Positions 6,844 through 16,509 of a DNA stretch of 64,000 bases are shown piece by piece (positions within the stretch are counted from its first letter, which is position 1; each line of letters opens with the position of its first letter). A program made the translations under genes and the position numbers. The DNA is from an uncultured Oscillospiraceae bacterium (GTDB lineage Bacteria > Bacillota > Clostridia > Oscillospirales > Oscillospiraceae), in the NCBI GenBank assembly GCA_947629245.1, contig CANRDC010000001.1, positions 93,667 to 157,666 of the forward strand, given 5' to 3'. The notes under the pieces were generated by a model, which saw only the letters and a program-made list of their open reading frames with translations, searched no databases and was not told the origin of the DNA.

Positions 6844-9663
6844 ATGTTCAACTTTGTAAGGCTGACCACTGTGGACGGTGTCGACAGGAAACTGTTCATC
6901 GACTGCAGTGACAGCGGGTACTCCGCCAAGGATTTGCTCACCGTACCCGGTGCCTACGAGGAGCTGTTTGACGACGATGTGAACGCCGTCAAGTTCATGC
7001 AACTCGTGGGCAAGATTGGCGATTACACTACTGAGTGTTTCGCCATCGTTTTAGGTGACACTGTCACCGATGTCAACGACATCACAAGCGATGTCGTGCG
7101 CATACTCTCTATTCCTGAGACCGCGGCCAAGAGTCTGATGGCCAGCATGCCACCCGATAGGAAAGCAGTGGTAAGTGGCGCTCTGGATACCATCAGGTAC
7201 TACGAGTCGGTTAAGCTCACTACGAAGGTGTGCCTTCCTATCGAGACGCTTTCTGAGCTTCCTGCAGACGTTCGTGAGAAGATGGCTTCTGCGAGAAAGC
7301 ACTATGTGTTGAAGGCTGTCGATAACGTCGAGGTGTTCCAGAAGAGTTTCGATGCACCGTTCTGCATTCAGCTCCCGACTATAGAGGAGCTCCACCCGCC
7401 CGGCACTTATCGCTACAATGCACTTGACCTGCTTCGTGTCACGATGCCTTATCGACGTCCTGGCACCAATATGTACAATTCCGTCTATCATACGCCGTTC
7501 TACCGTTACGGTGTTCTCAACGGTAGCGTACCGAAGTATCTGTCATGGCTTGAAGGTTTTTCAGGCAACGACATGTTGGATATTCAGCCTAACGAGCGGA
7601 AGATGTTCAACAATCTGTACACACTCTACTGCGCGGACATCGAACGTTACACCGCCAGCATTGTGTCCGGCGTGTTCTTCTACACGAAGCTCGGCTCTCT
7701 GCTGATGAAGCTCGTACAGATTAATGACAGCGACGCCATCAACTCTCTGCTGAGCGATATCGCCATGGCTAACAGCGATAAGGCGTCGTGCCATCTGGGT
7801 GTTTCTCAGGTTGAGACACTCCAGCTCAACGGGTGGCAAACTTCCGAAGTCGCCATGGAAATTCAGAACAATGTCCAGATTGCTGACGGCTACATTGAGG
7901 AACTTCTCAACAGCCAGCTCAACTCTGCGCACATCGTGGACACCGACCGTGTGCCGTTCGTTCTCAACTTCGAGGATGCCGAGCTCCAGAAGTATGCCGA
8001 CATGCTTATCGCTAAAGGCTATATCACCTTCGCCATGCGTCGTCTGCTCAACCGCTTGTGCCAGTATGCCTATCAGGTGAACTGGGGACACACTGGTACA
8101 GCTAAGGCTATCCCCGACCTGATTATGGAGAGCAATGTCGCTCCCTTCGATACTCAGTGTGGTCTCTACCTTGCTGATGCTACTCGTGGTCAGGCTGAGC
8201 AGAAGCCGACGTATAATATGCTGTACGCCGGGAGCTACGGCGATGTCGAGGTCGAGGCTGAAACTGAGGAAAGCGAGAACCCCGTAGACGATGGTGACGT
8301 GGCGGCCTTCGAGTTCTATATCACGAAGGACACCTTCAATAAGATTAGGCTTGACGCCTTGTCTCCCAGCTTCTTCACTACTCACCTGACCGCCGCCGAC
8401 AGCCAGGAGGCCCACGTTATTGAACGCTGGCGTGATACGCCTGGTTGCAGTAACATAGTCAACTTCCTGCTGGACGCCTACAATACCACCAGTGACGTGA
8501 AGGTCTTTATTCAGGCTTTCATCAAGCTGATGCGCTGGGGCGACAGGCGTCCCAAGCTCCTTGTCCTCTCCGACCACCCTGAGGTTAGGACTGTGTTTGA
8601 CCTCGGTAATGGCGTAGCTACTGCTAACACTGTTATCGTCGACGAGAACGACCTTGTCAAGACTAATGGGTGCACCTACTCCTTCGCCGGGTTCCTGTGC
8701 TCCAACTCTAATGCCGAAGTTGAGGTCACTGATGTCATTGGTTTCATTCTGCAGAAGAACTACGGCACGGTGAAGCGCGACTATCTGGCATCGTGGACTG
8801 ACCTTGGAGAAATGGTCGCTAATGGCGCTGTCGACATCGGAGAGTTCAAGGCCATGACGCCAATGAACATCACCCCGGACAAGCTCGTTCCTATCGAGGA
8901 GTATGAGAAGAAAGCATACCAGCTCTATGAGAGCGATGCTAATATCTCAGCTGGTCTCCAGCTCAAAATCCCTGGTCGTGAGTTGTCAGAGCTTGTGCTT
9001 CTTACTCGCCCTGGTATCACGGGGACGACAGAGTATATGCGCTCCTTGAGAAATCAGACTATTGTGACTACGAGGGACCGCCAGTATGATATTCTTCGTC
9101 GCTATCTCGATAAGGTGTCTGAGTTTAACAAGGCGTATCGGAACGACATGCTTGCTGTTGGGAACAGCATCCAGCTTCTCGGCATCATTTCGGAGTACAA
9201 TGGCTTTAAGACTTCTTCACAGTCGAAGCCTGAGCATAACGACGTGATGTCCGGCAACGCCTTGGCTCAGATGGACATCGAGGCCGACGATGATAAAATC
9301 ATCTATGATAATGGGCCTCTCACTGGCAAGTTTATGTTGGTGTTCGATGATACCGGACGATATCCTATTGAGGGCATCCAGTTCACGAACCCGACGCTCC
9401 AGAACATTTCGAAGCAACTCCGCAATCGCATCGTATACCTGGTGTGCAACCGTGGTACTGAGTACATCATCTGCCGCAAGGATATCGACAGGTCTGAGCT
9501 CGCCCTGGTGAACACTAACCGCGAAGGCAGAGTTGTCGCCGTGCCTAACAACCGCAAACTGTTTAATTTCTTGCCGTGCATTGAACGGTTGAAGAAGGGG
9601 CAGTCTGCTACAATCAACAATATCCCTGTCAAGATACATGAGTCTTGTAGAGGATATATGTAA
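6844..9663 (+). CDS. Large hypothetical protein (939 aa), no recognisable catalytic motif
   Basis: GGAGG 7 nt upstream of the ATG and an uninterrupted 2.8-kb ORF. No Walker, polymerase or nuclease motifs seen. Confidence 0.7.
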   Translation: MFNFVRLTTVDGVDRKLFIDCSDSGYSAKDLLTVPGAYEELFDDDVNAVKFMQLVGKIGDYTTECFAIVLGDTVTDVNDITSDVVRILSIPETAAKSLMASMPPDRKAVVSGALDTIRYYESVKLTTKVCLPIETLSELPADVREKMASARKHYVLKAVDNVEVFQKSFDAPFCIQLPTIEELHPPGTYRYNALDLLRVTMPYRRPGTNMYNSVYHTPFYRYGVLNGSVPKYLSWLEGFSGNDMLDIQPNERKMFNNLYTLYCADIERYTASIVSGVFFYTKLGSLLMKLVQINDSDAINSLLSDIAMANSDKASCHLGVSQVETLQLNGWQTSEVAMEIQNNVQIADGYIEELLNSQLNSAHIVDTDRVPFVLNFEDAELQKYADMLIAKGYITFAMRRLLNRLCQYAYQVNWGHTGTAKAIPDLIMESNVAPFDTQCGLYLADATRGQAEQKPTYNMLYAGSYGDVEVEAETEESENPVDDGDVAAFEFYITKDTFNKIRLDALSPSFFTTHLTAADSQEAHVIERWRDTPGCSNIVNFLLDAYNTTSDVKVFIQAFIKLMRWGDRRPKLLVLSDHPEVRTVFDLGNGVATANTVIVDENDLVKTNGCTYSFAGFLCSNSNAEVEVTDVIGFILQKNYGTVKRDYLASWTDLGEMVANGAVDIGEFKAMTPMNITPDKLVPIEEYEKKAYQLYESDANISAGLQLKIPGRELSELVLLTRPGITGTTEYMRSLRNQTIVTTRDRQYDILRRYLDKVSEFNKAYRNDMLAVGNSIQLLGIISEYNGFKTSSQSKPEHNDVMSGNALAQMDIEADDDKIIYDNGPLTGKFMLVFDDTGRYPIEGIQFTNPTLQNISKQLRNRIVYLVCNRGTEYIICRKDIDRSELALVNTNREGRVVAVPNNRKLFNFLPCIERLKKGQSATINNIPVKIHESCRGYM

Positions 9664-9669
9664 GACTTT

Positions 9670-9704
9670 GAGGAGGTAGCTTCGGCTACCTCCTCTGATT
9701 TTGC
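9670..9704 (+). terminator. Rho-independent-type terminator
   Basis: GAGGAGGTAGC-ttcg-GCTACCTCCTC followed by TGATTTTG, 7 nt after the stop of the 939-aa ORF. Confidence 0.7.
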
Positions 9705-9800
9705 GTATTCAATTATGACGGCATTGAGGAATTAAATCCGTTCATGGGTCATGGACTGCGTAATCACTGTCCGAAGGACAATGTCGTACATGCTCAGACT

Positions 9801-9950
9801 TTATACACTATCATTACTTGAATTACTCAACACACATTCACAATTAACACTAAATCAACATAACTAATTAACAGTCTACACTGCCATGACACCATAAACT
9901 AACTTTCAATATAACATCGCATTAACTACTTACATTACATTTGTACTGAG
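9801..9950 (+). other. Strongly G-depleted A/C/T tract with short ATTAC/TAAC-type repeats
   Basis: I count about 8 G in 150 nt by eye. Repeated ATTAC, TAAC, ACAC and CATTA words. Lies between a terminator and the FtsK-like gene. Confidence 0.5.
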
Positions 9951-10003
9951 CTTTAATGTATGGCAGGTTCTACAATCTTTTAGAAAATGAGGTGTCATAT
10001 AAA

Positions 10004-10364
10004 ATGATTGAACTGCCATTCGCTGAGGCATCTGATGTTCTTGGCGACATCAAGGAGAGGCTTAAGGCTATGAAGCCTACGCCTGTCAACTTCTATCCGT
10101 ATCTCAAACGTGTTCTAAATGAACAGTATGAGAAATTGAAACCGCAGTATCCTAAGGATATCAAAATCCCTAAGGATACGGCGCATCTGCTCCGACAAGA
10201 CTTTGAGCCGGAGTACGTTATTCACTTGGAGGACGTTCCTCGCATGGAGGACGGAACTCCTATGTGGTTCGAGACATCTGAAGACCAGTGTTGGCTCCGT
10301 TTTGGGTACAATAATATGGATGCAAGGTTTATCTCGGACCAGAAATTGAGCATGGAGTACATAC
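10004..10364 (+). CDS. FtsK/SpoIIIE-type ATPase, exon 1 (N-terminal region, no TM helix)
   Basis: The ORF is open from 9956. ATG 10004 has GAGGTG 9 nt upstream. The frame runs into GTGCG at 10365 and stops at 10397-10399 if unspliced. Confidence 0.6.
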
Positions 10365-11036
10365 GTGCGACTTGTTCCACTATAAGTGCAGTAGCATGAA
10401 GTGTGGCATAGCTATACTATGAACTGATAATCCGAACAGTGAAGTGAATGGGTAACGCCATGAAGCACTGTGCATGATACTCCTGCATGCGACAATAAAT
10501 GTCGTGTGAAGCCAGGTAAAGTCGGCTAAACATCGCCTTGCATTTAGCATGAAACCTGTCACATGGCGGCGTGATGGATAAGCCGGTGCTCTATAAATCA
10601 TCTATGATGAGTATGTGATGTAATCACTGACGAACCTGAGAACTAAAGGGTCCAAGCTCCAATGCATAGAAATGTGCAGAACTCGTGCGGTAAAGTAAGA
10701 GGTGTGTATGGTATGAAATCCGCTGTAGTCGAAGCCGAAAGGTAGCGGGACTACATGTGCGAGTTGACCCACATCAGGCATCTAAGGGTGAATATGTACA
10801 GATAGGATTATCGGAACAAGGAAAGGTATCGAGCCGACAGGTAACTTGACGAAGAAAATAAGCAAGTGTGTCGATACTGAAAAGTAGAGGTCGAACCGGT
10901 GAAGCTTCTGTAATGAAAGTGGAGGAATGGCCTCAAGTCAGATGAAAGTCTGATGGAACGCCGTGTGCGGTGAAAGTCGCATGCACGGTGTGGAGCCGGG
11001 GAAAAGCTTGAGGTAAATTACTTAGAGCTTACCTAT
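10365..11036 (+). ncRNA. ORF-less group II intron (self-splicing ribozyme) interrupting the FtsK-like gene; boundaries approximate
   Basis: 5' GUGCG at 10365-10369. Domain V lies at 10959-10990: lower helix CGCCGUGU/GCACGGUG, 2-nt AU bulge, upper helix GCGGU/GUCGC, GAAA tetraloop, CGC catalytic triad. It is near-identical in layout to the consensus GAGCCGUAUGCGAUGAAAGUCGCACGUACGGUUC. A domain VI-like helix with bulged A follows at 10993-11030. The intron ends ...CUAU. Joining C10364 to G11037 restores the reading frame. Confidence 0.8.
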
Positions 11037-12802
11037 GGCTATACTCATTTTTAGGTGGCTCTTCCGGTCACGGAAAGTCCGTTACACTCAACTCTATGCT
11101 CGCCGCATTGTGCTATGAGTACGCTCCGTGGGAGCTGAATGTCGCCATGTCTGACGCCAAGATTATCGAGTTCAAGAAATATGGCGTCGGACATCTTATT
11201 CCGCACATAACTACCATCGCCGCAACTGCTGATGCTGACTTTGTGGTCTCCGTCTTGCAGAAGGCGTACGATGAAATGAACATGCGCGCCAAGATATTCG
11301 GTAACGTCGGTGCTTCTAACTTGAAGTCATTTAGAAAGAAGACCGGGCTCGCCATGCCTCGCTACCTAATCCTTATGGACGAGGTTGAGTCTACTTTCAA
11401 GATGGCTGGCAAGAAAGCGCAGAAAATCGCTGACCTTATCGACGGCTTCGCCAGGCTTGGCCGCGCCGCCGGTTTCCACATCTTCATGGCCACGCAGAAT
11501 ATGTCCTCTGATATACCGAAGAGCGCCATCGGTCAGATACGCAATCGTATGTGCCTTGGTGCTAACCCTTCGGTGTCCGAGGCTATCCTTGGCAACGGTG
11601 GCGCTTCTGAGAATGTCGGTCGTATTGGCCGCCTCATAGTCAACACTGAGGTCATGAACGGTGGCAATACATTCCCGCATAATATCAAGTATCAGACTCC
11701 CTACCTCTCGGACGATGACTTCGTAGTTGAGATGAAAGAGCTCGAAGCTATGGGCCAGAAGGTCGGGTACAAACCTTCGCTCTCCTTCTATGACGAGGAG
11801 GCCATCGACACTGTCGAGGAGTATCAGCCTATCATTGACAAGGCTCTTGCTCGTATGGCCAAGGTTGGTGAAATAGATGCGCATAACGTTCCGGTTTGCC
11901 TGGGACATCCGGCATTCGTTACGGAGGACCCTGACTCACTGCTGAAGATTAATTTCACTCATAAGGACGTGGAGAATGTTATCATCTGCTCAACGCAGTC
12001 GAGTCATGTTGCGGCACATCTTCATAACATCGCCTACTCTGTGCGTGGCTCGTTCACTGAGTTGCACTACTCAAGCGATGTCGACATGTTCCAGTACACC
12101 CATATGGCCGTCGCTAAAGAGGAAGCGCGTGATGCTTCTCAACCTCCGCTCATTAGTTTGGAAGCTCTCGTGCGTAAGAGGCTGTTTCTTACTTATGCCG
12201 ACAACTTGGCGAAGAATGAGGGCTCTATTTCTTACACCAGAGATAAGGTCGAGGAGATTTTCAAGAAAGACGGAATACCGCAGGAGGCTTGGGGTAACTC
12301 ACTGATGTGCAGAAGAGCCGTCGTGTTCTATGCAGTTCAGAAAGACCCAGCACATGCCTCTATGTGGAAACCTGTGTCCGCCATGTTTAGCAACTTCAAG
12401 GATTACTACGACGAGTGCGTGAAGTATAAGTCTGTTGTCGACCCCATCACCGTTGATAAGTTCGGCAAGGCGATGTACTTCCTCGGCGACCTGTCTAAGA
12501 TTATTGGATATGGTCGAGACTCGAGTAGCAAGATGGTCGGCAACCTAAAGAAGTTACTTCAGGACTGCAACAGGGCGGCTGTCGTCTTCGTCCTCTATAC
12601 GCGAAGCATGGAAGGATTGAACGACTTGCAGTCAGGGCTGCGTTACGCAATCTTTGACTCTCCGGACTCTAAGGACTGGGCTCGTCTCAGGACTGAAGCG
12701 CCGAGTTCGTTGCTGGACTCGCTCGCTGTACTCTATGACTCTCTGGACCCGATAAATCCCCAGAAGAAGTTCAAACGCACTTTGTTGCAACGCACTATCT
12801 AA
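11037..12802 (+). CDS. FtsK/SpoIIIE-type DNA translocase ATPase, exon 2 (P-loop onward, plus a ~370-aa uncharacterised C-terminal region)
   Basis: The frame upstream of the tracked Met reads LYSFLGGSSGHGKSVTLNSML (Walker A), open only back to 11012. Walker B is RYLILMDEVES. RAAGFHIFMATQNMSSDIPKSAIGQIRNRMCLG matches FtsK RAaGIHLilATQRPsvdVitg.IKaN.p.RiaF. Confidence 0.82.
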
Positions 12803-12810
12803 TATCTACA

Positions 12811-12847
12811 TACCGCCTTGGGCTTCTGCCTAAGGCGGTAGCTTTTG
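12811..12847 (+). terminator. Rho-independent-type terminator
   Basis: TACCGCCTTgGGC-ttct-GCCtAAGGCGGTA followed by GCTTTTG. Confidence 0.65.
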
Positions 12848-12879
12848 TCACCGAAACTTTCTAAGGCGGGTGGTTAAAA

Positions 12880-13719
12880 ATGAAATTGGTCTGTCGGTAC
12901 TTTACGAACAAGGTACGCCTCGCTAATGTCATTATGACTTACAGTGAGAGACCGAGCTTCCGTTTCTTTTGCATTAACGGAACTATATCCAAAAATAAAA
13001 GTCAGTACAGCATACTCACTCCGCGTGTGACTGTTGTTATCGCTTATGTCGGGTCTGATGGGAAGAATACTATGCAACTTCTTACTAATGACTCTGAGCT
13101 GAGCAAGTACGACGGGCGTCTCACTGACATTGAGAATATTAATCACGACTCTGTGTTCTACAACCTCTGCATACTTCTGAAAGAGAAGTGCGCCACGACC
13201 GGGAATCCTGCAACCATTGAGTTTAAGTCTGACAAAATGACCGTATCCATCGGAGTATCACCAGTATCTAATCCTGCGCTGGAGTGCACTGTTCGTGGTG
13301 TCGACGGGGACGTAAAAGTTAGTGGCGACGATGGGATAAAGGACGTCTTGGTCCAGTGCAAGTGTGTCTCCTCGTTTAGTTATCAGACTGATACTGAGGA
13401 TTGCCAGCGTGAGGTGACTGTAAGAAAGAGCCGTGGTGAAATCCTTAAGGAAGTCGCCAGGTATTTGAACCGCACCATCGTCATTGTCTCACTGCAGAAT
13501 GGCGAAGATATGTTGGAGCAATACATCAGCTCAACAGGTATGCTGGAAGTAACCACTCGCGCAGATGGAACTAAGGTCTACCATAAGGTAGTGGGTTCAC
13601 GGTTGCGTGATGCTGACCCCTTCTGCATCTATCAGTCTATGGCACGAATTGAGGACATCATTCGTGAGCAAGGACGCGCACTGGCGCCAAGCTTGAGAGG
13701 AAGTGCAAAGAATGCTTAG
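12880..13719 (+). CDS. Hypothetical protein (279 aa); start uncertain
   Basis: Long ORF directly upstream of and overlapping the polymerase gene. Weak RBS. No exonuclease motifs recognised. Confidence 0.5.
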   Translation: MKLVCRYFTNKVRLANVIMTYSERPSFRFFCINGTISKNKSQYSILTPRVTVVIAYVGSDGKNTMQLLTNDSELSKYDGRLTDIENINHDSVFYNLCILLKEKCATTGNPATIEFKSDKMTVSIGVSPVSNPALECTVRGVDGDVKVSGDDGIKDVLVQCKCVSSFSYQTDTEDCQREVTVRKSRGEILKEVARYLNRTIVIVSLQNGEDMLEQYISSTGMLEVTTRADGTKVYHKVVGSRLRDADPFCIYQSMARIEDIIREQGRALAPSLRGSAKNA

Positions 13720-15349
13720 AATAACTGGAGAGAGAACCATCGACGAGTACCTCGATGCGCTCAACACTTCCACAACAATCTATATAGACAAACAGCGCCT
13801 TGAGAACGCTGTAGTGCAGTGCCGCCATCTTAGTCGGGACTATGAGTGGTTGTGCCTGCTTGAGATGAACACAGACTGCCCCGGCTGTTACTCCCGTCTC
13901 TCTAAGGAGAACATTGTGGACTACTTAGAGAACATGGGCGTAACATTTGATAAGAGATATACGTCTCGTGGTGGCACACCCTCTCTCGACATGGCGAAAG
14001 TAATCGACCCACTCATTGAGAAGGGTAAAGCCGTTGAGATGCTGACAATCTATAAGCAGTACCGTTCAGTGTCATCATGGCTCAGCAATCTGAACTCTCT
14101 GCTTGACGCTGAGGACGACGTGTGTATGAATGAAGATGGCCGTCCAATCGCCATATATCATACGACACTCTCACAGCGCGATAACCTCCGCGTATACACC
14201 AGTAACATCAATGTTCAGGGTATCCCTCGTGAATACTCTAACATTGTGACCTCGCCGTCAACGGATTATCACCTTGCATGGTGCGACTACCCGCAGGCTG
14301 ACTGGCGTTTCGCATACAACTTGTTCATACGTGGCGACGATAACTTCGACATCATGCGTCGTTGCACTGACGCCTACGAAGGACTCGCCAGGCTTGTCGA
14401 GGGTGACTCATTTGACCCTGAGAAGTTTAAAGAGCGCCGGAAGGAATATAAGGTCAACTGTCTTAAGACCTTCTATGGTTCCAACGTGAACAAGCCAGTG
14501 CCAAACGCCATGCGTAAGTATTTCATGAGCCGCCCCAAGTACAAGCTGTTTGTGGATACACTCGACGAGTTGTGGCGTCTGCACATGCCTGTTCCTATAA
14601 CTTCTTACTTCGGCTACGAGCAGAGCTTACCCGAAGGTAAGTATCCATCGGCCTTTGTGAGTAAGGGGCTCAACACTCCTATTCAGACGTTGACCTCTCA
14701 CGTTGTCAATGAGACAGTGCTCACACTTCTTGAGAGGTTCTGGGAACGCGGCTACACGAAGGACGATATAAACATCTACTACACCAGGCATGATGAGGCT
14801 ATCTTTAGGTTTAAGGATACTATCCTGCCTGATGCGTGGATTTTCAAGGATTGTTCTCAAATCCATATCGACGGGTTCACTCCTATTGACCTTGAGTTCC
14901 ATTTCGGCAACTACTATAAAGAGGAGGACGAAGCTCTCACCACTACGATATCCGAGCTGATGAACGCACATGACGACATGCTTCACACCTATCCTGCTGG
15001 TGAGATACATGAGTACTTCCCGGTGCCAACAATCAAGCGAGTGTTCCTAAAGCTGTTCTCCTTTGAGGACAAGCCAGGATATCTCTACTATTGGTACGAC
15101 TATGAAACTGGTGAGTTCTATAAGGACTACGACCCAGACCCTGATGTGCGCGTAGGTATCGTCAATGTGCTTGAGCGCGGTATACTTAAGGCGATTGACG
15201 AGCCTGACGACGTACTCATTCAGACCGGTGACCATATCGAGTGGCTCGGAACAGCAACTGCTTCTGATGGCCGCCAGGTCTTGTTGAAAACCCATCTTAA
15301 AGATGACTCAGAATTGGTGGTGGCAATGCGTGGCAAAGAACAGGAATGA
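13712..15349 (+). CDS. Family A DNA polymerase (polymerase domain only)
   Basis: Motif A is LAWCDYPQADWRFAY (compare DYSQIELR). Motif B is RRKEYKVNCLKTFYGS (compare R..AK..NFG..YG). Motif C is YYTRHDEAIF (compare HDE). No 3'-5' or 5'-3' exonuclease motifs seen in this ORF. Confidence 0.8.
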   Translation: MLRITGERTIDEYLDALNTSTTIYIDKQRLENAVVQCRHLSRDYEWLCLLEMNTDCPGCYSRLSKENIVDYLENMGVTFDKRYTSRGGTPSLDMAKVIDPLIEKGKAVEMLTIYKQYRSVSSWLSNLNSLLDAEDDVCMNEDGRPIAIYHTTLSQRDNLRVYTSNINVQGIPREYSNIVTSPSTDYHLAWCDYPQADWRFAYNLFIRGDDNFDIMRRCTDAYEGLARLVEGDSFDPEKFKERRKEYKVNCLKTFYGSNVNKPVPNAMRKYFMSRPKYKLFVDTLDELWRLHMPVPITSYFGYEQSLPEGKYPSAFVSKGLNTPIQTLTSHVVNETVLTLLERFWERGYTKDDINIYYTRHDEAIFRFKDTILPDAWIFKDCSQIHIDGFTPIDLEFHFGNYYKEEDEALTTTISELMNAHDDMLHTYPAGEIHEYFPVPTIKRVFLKLFSFEDKPGYLYYWYDYETGEFYKDYDPDPDVRVGIVNVLERGILKAIDEPDDVLIQTGDHIEWLGTATASDGRQVLLKTHLKDDSELVVAMRGKEQE

Positions 15350-16049
15350 CTCTATCTTTGACTTAAAGCTCATGGACGTCTACGAGAAGTATGGCCTGGC
15401 TAAGTTCATAGACGTCTGCTCTGAGCTTCTCGATATGCGTGACACCACTGGAACCAAGAAGCCTCAGGTTAACGGAGAAGTTTGCGAGATAGTGTTACAT
15501 GTAATGACTGAGCACTATCTCGCAACTAAAGGCAAGAAGGGCCAGGTGTTCCACTCCCTTGTCCTTGGTAATCCTAATAATCCAAATTCCTCATTTAGAA
15601 CAGAGCTCGACGTTACACTTGTAACTCCTTACTTCTGCATAACTGGTGAGTGCAAGTCGTACGCCGGCGACGTCAGAGCAACTGGCGAAGGAAAGCTGAG
15701 ACATAACGGATACCCAGAGACTGATGTTGCTAAGCAGTCTAAGGTTCACGTTAACGCACTAATTCCTTACCTTAAGATGTACACAAAAGCGAAGGTCGGC
15801 GTGGCCTCACCGCCTGTCGGAATGTTTTGCTTTCTGTACTCTAATGGAACAATCACTGACAACAGGGTTGACAGCGCCAAAGATGAATTACCTATACTGA
15901 CGATTAAGAGCCTGTTCAGCTATTACGACAGGCTATTCTCTCAGTATAGGAAGGAGGTCTATGATGTCGAAAAAGCCGGCAAAGCGTTCCAAGCCATGGC
16001 GGACTCGAGAGTTCTACATATCCAGCACGCTAATTATCTTGGTTATTAG
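15303..16049 (+). CDS. Hypothetical protein, possible PD-(D/E)xK nuclease fold
   Basis: ELDVTLVTPYFCITGECKSY resembles D...(E)xK. Start uncertain: it overlaps the end of the polymerase gene, and ATG 15372 is an alternative. Confidence 0.35.
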   Translation: MTQNWWWQCVAKNRNDSIFDLKLMDVYEKYGLAKFIDVCSELLDMRDTTGTKKPQVNGEVCEIVLHVMTEHYLATKGKKGQVFHSLVLGNPNNPNSSFRTELDVTLVTPYFCITGECKSYAGDVRATGEGKLRHNGYPETDVAKQSKVHVNALIPYLKMYTKAKVGVASPPVGMFCFLYSNGTITDNRVDSAKDELPILTIKSLFSYYDRLFSQYRKEVYDVEKAGKAFQAMADSRVLHIQHANYLGY

Positions 16050-16509
16050 TATCGTGCTTTTCGGCACCCATCTTCTTACGCATCGAAAGGTAGACCCTAA
16101 TCACGTTAAGGTTGACTCTGCCTGGATGGAGCAATACATTTGGCTCGTGGAGTCTTATAAAAAGCTCGACGAGGATAAGTACGATGTGTTTCTCGTCGAG
16201 CAAGAACCTGCTTGGGAACCGACATGGGACGACCTCTTGTATACCTTTGAGGTTGCGCCGTACACCGCATTTAACTCATACCATATAATGGACGGTGTGA
16301 ATTGTCAGGGAATGACAATTCACATCGCTGACTGGTGCGCACGAAACGATGTTGAGTACCATGTGACTTGGACTACTAAGCACGTTTGGATTTATGTTCG
16401 CTATGGCGGACAGTGGTACAAGATGGACTTCGGCGCGGCAGACCGTGCAGTAACTGAAACAACTCCATATTATGTAACGGAAGGAATGGTAAAAGATGAC
16501 AATACTTGA
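15961..16509 (+). CDS. Membrane-anchored transglutaminase-like (papain-fold Cys-His-Asp) protein
   Basis: AGGAAGGAGG RBS. N-terminal TM helix STLIILVISIVLFGTHLL. VNCQGMTIHIADWCARN...HVWIYVRYGGQWYKMDFG fits the C...H...D transglutaminase-core spacing. Confidence 0.4.
   Translation: MMSKKPAKRSKPWRTREFYISSTLIILVISIVLFGTHLLTHRKVDPNHVKVDSAWMEQYIWLVESYKKLDEDKYDVFLVEQEPAWEPTWDDLLYTFEVAPYTAFNSYHIMDGVNCQGMTIHIADWCARNDVEYHVTWTTKHVWIYVRYGGQWYKMDFGAADRAVTETTPYYVTEGMVKDDNT

Noticed and set aside
9956-10003. Upstream ATG at 9956 as the start of the FtsK-like gene.
   Set aside because: It has no RBS. ATG 10004 has GAGGTG at the right spacing. Either start leaves the intron and exon logic unchanged.
10386-10390. 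Alternative 5' splice site GUGCA at 10386, which is also codon phase 1 and so also restores the frame.
   Set aside because: GUGCG at 10365 matches the GUGYG consensus better. I cannot exclude 10386 without RNA data, so the boundary is flagged as approximate.
10380-10601. 73-aa minus-strand ORF inside the intron, considered as a possible intron-encoded protein.
   Set aside because: It is far too short and on the wrong strand for a reverse transcriptase or maturase, and it has no RT motifs (for example YADD). The intron is best described as ORF-less.
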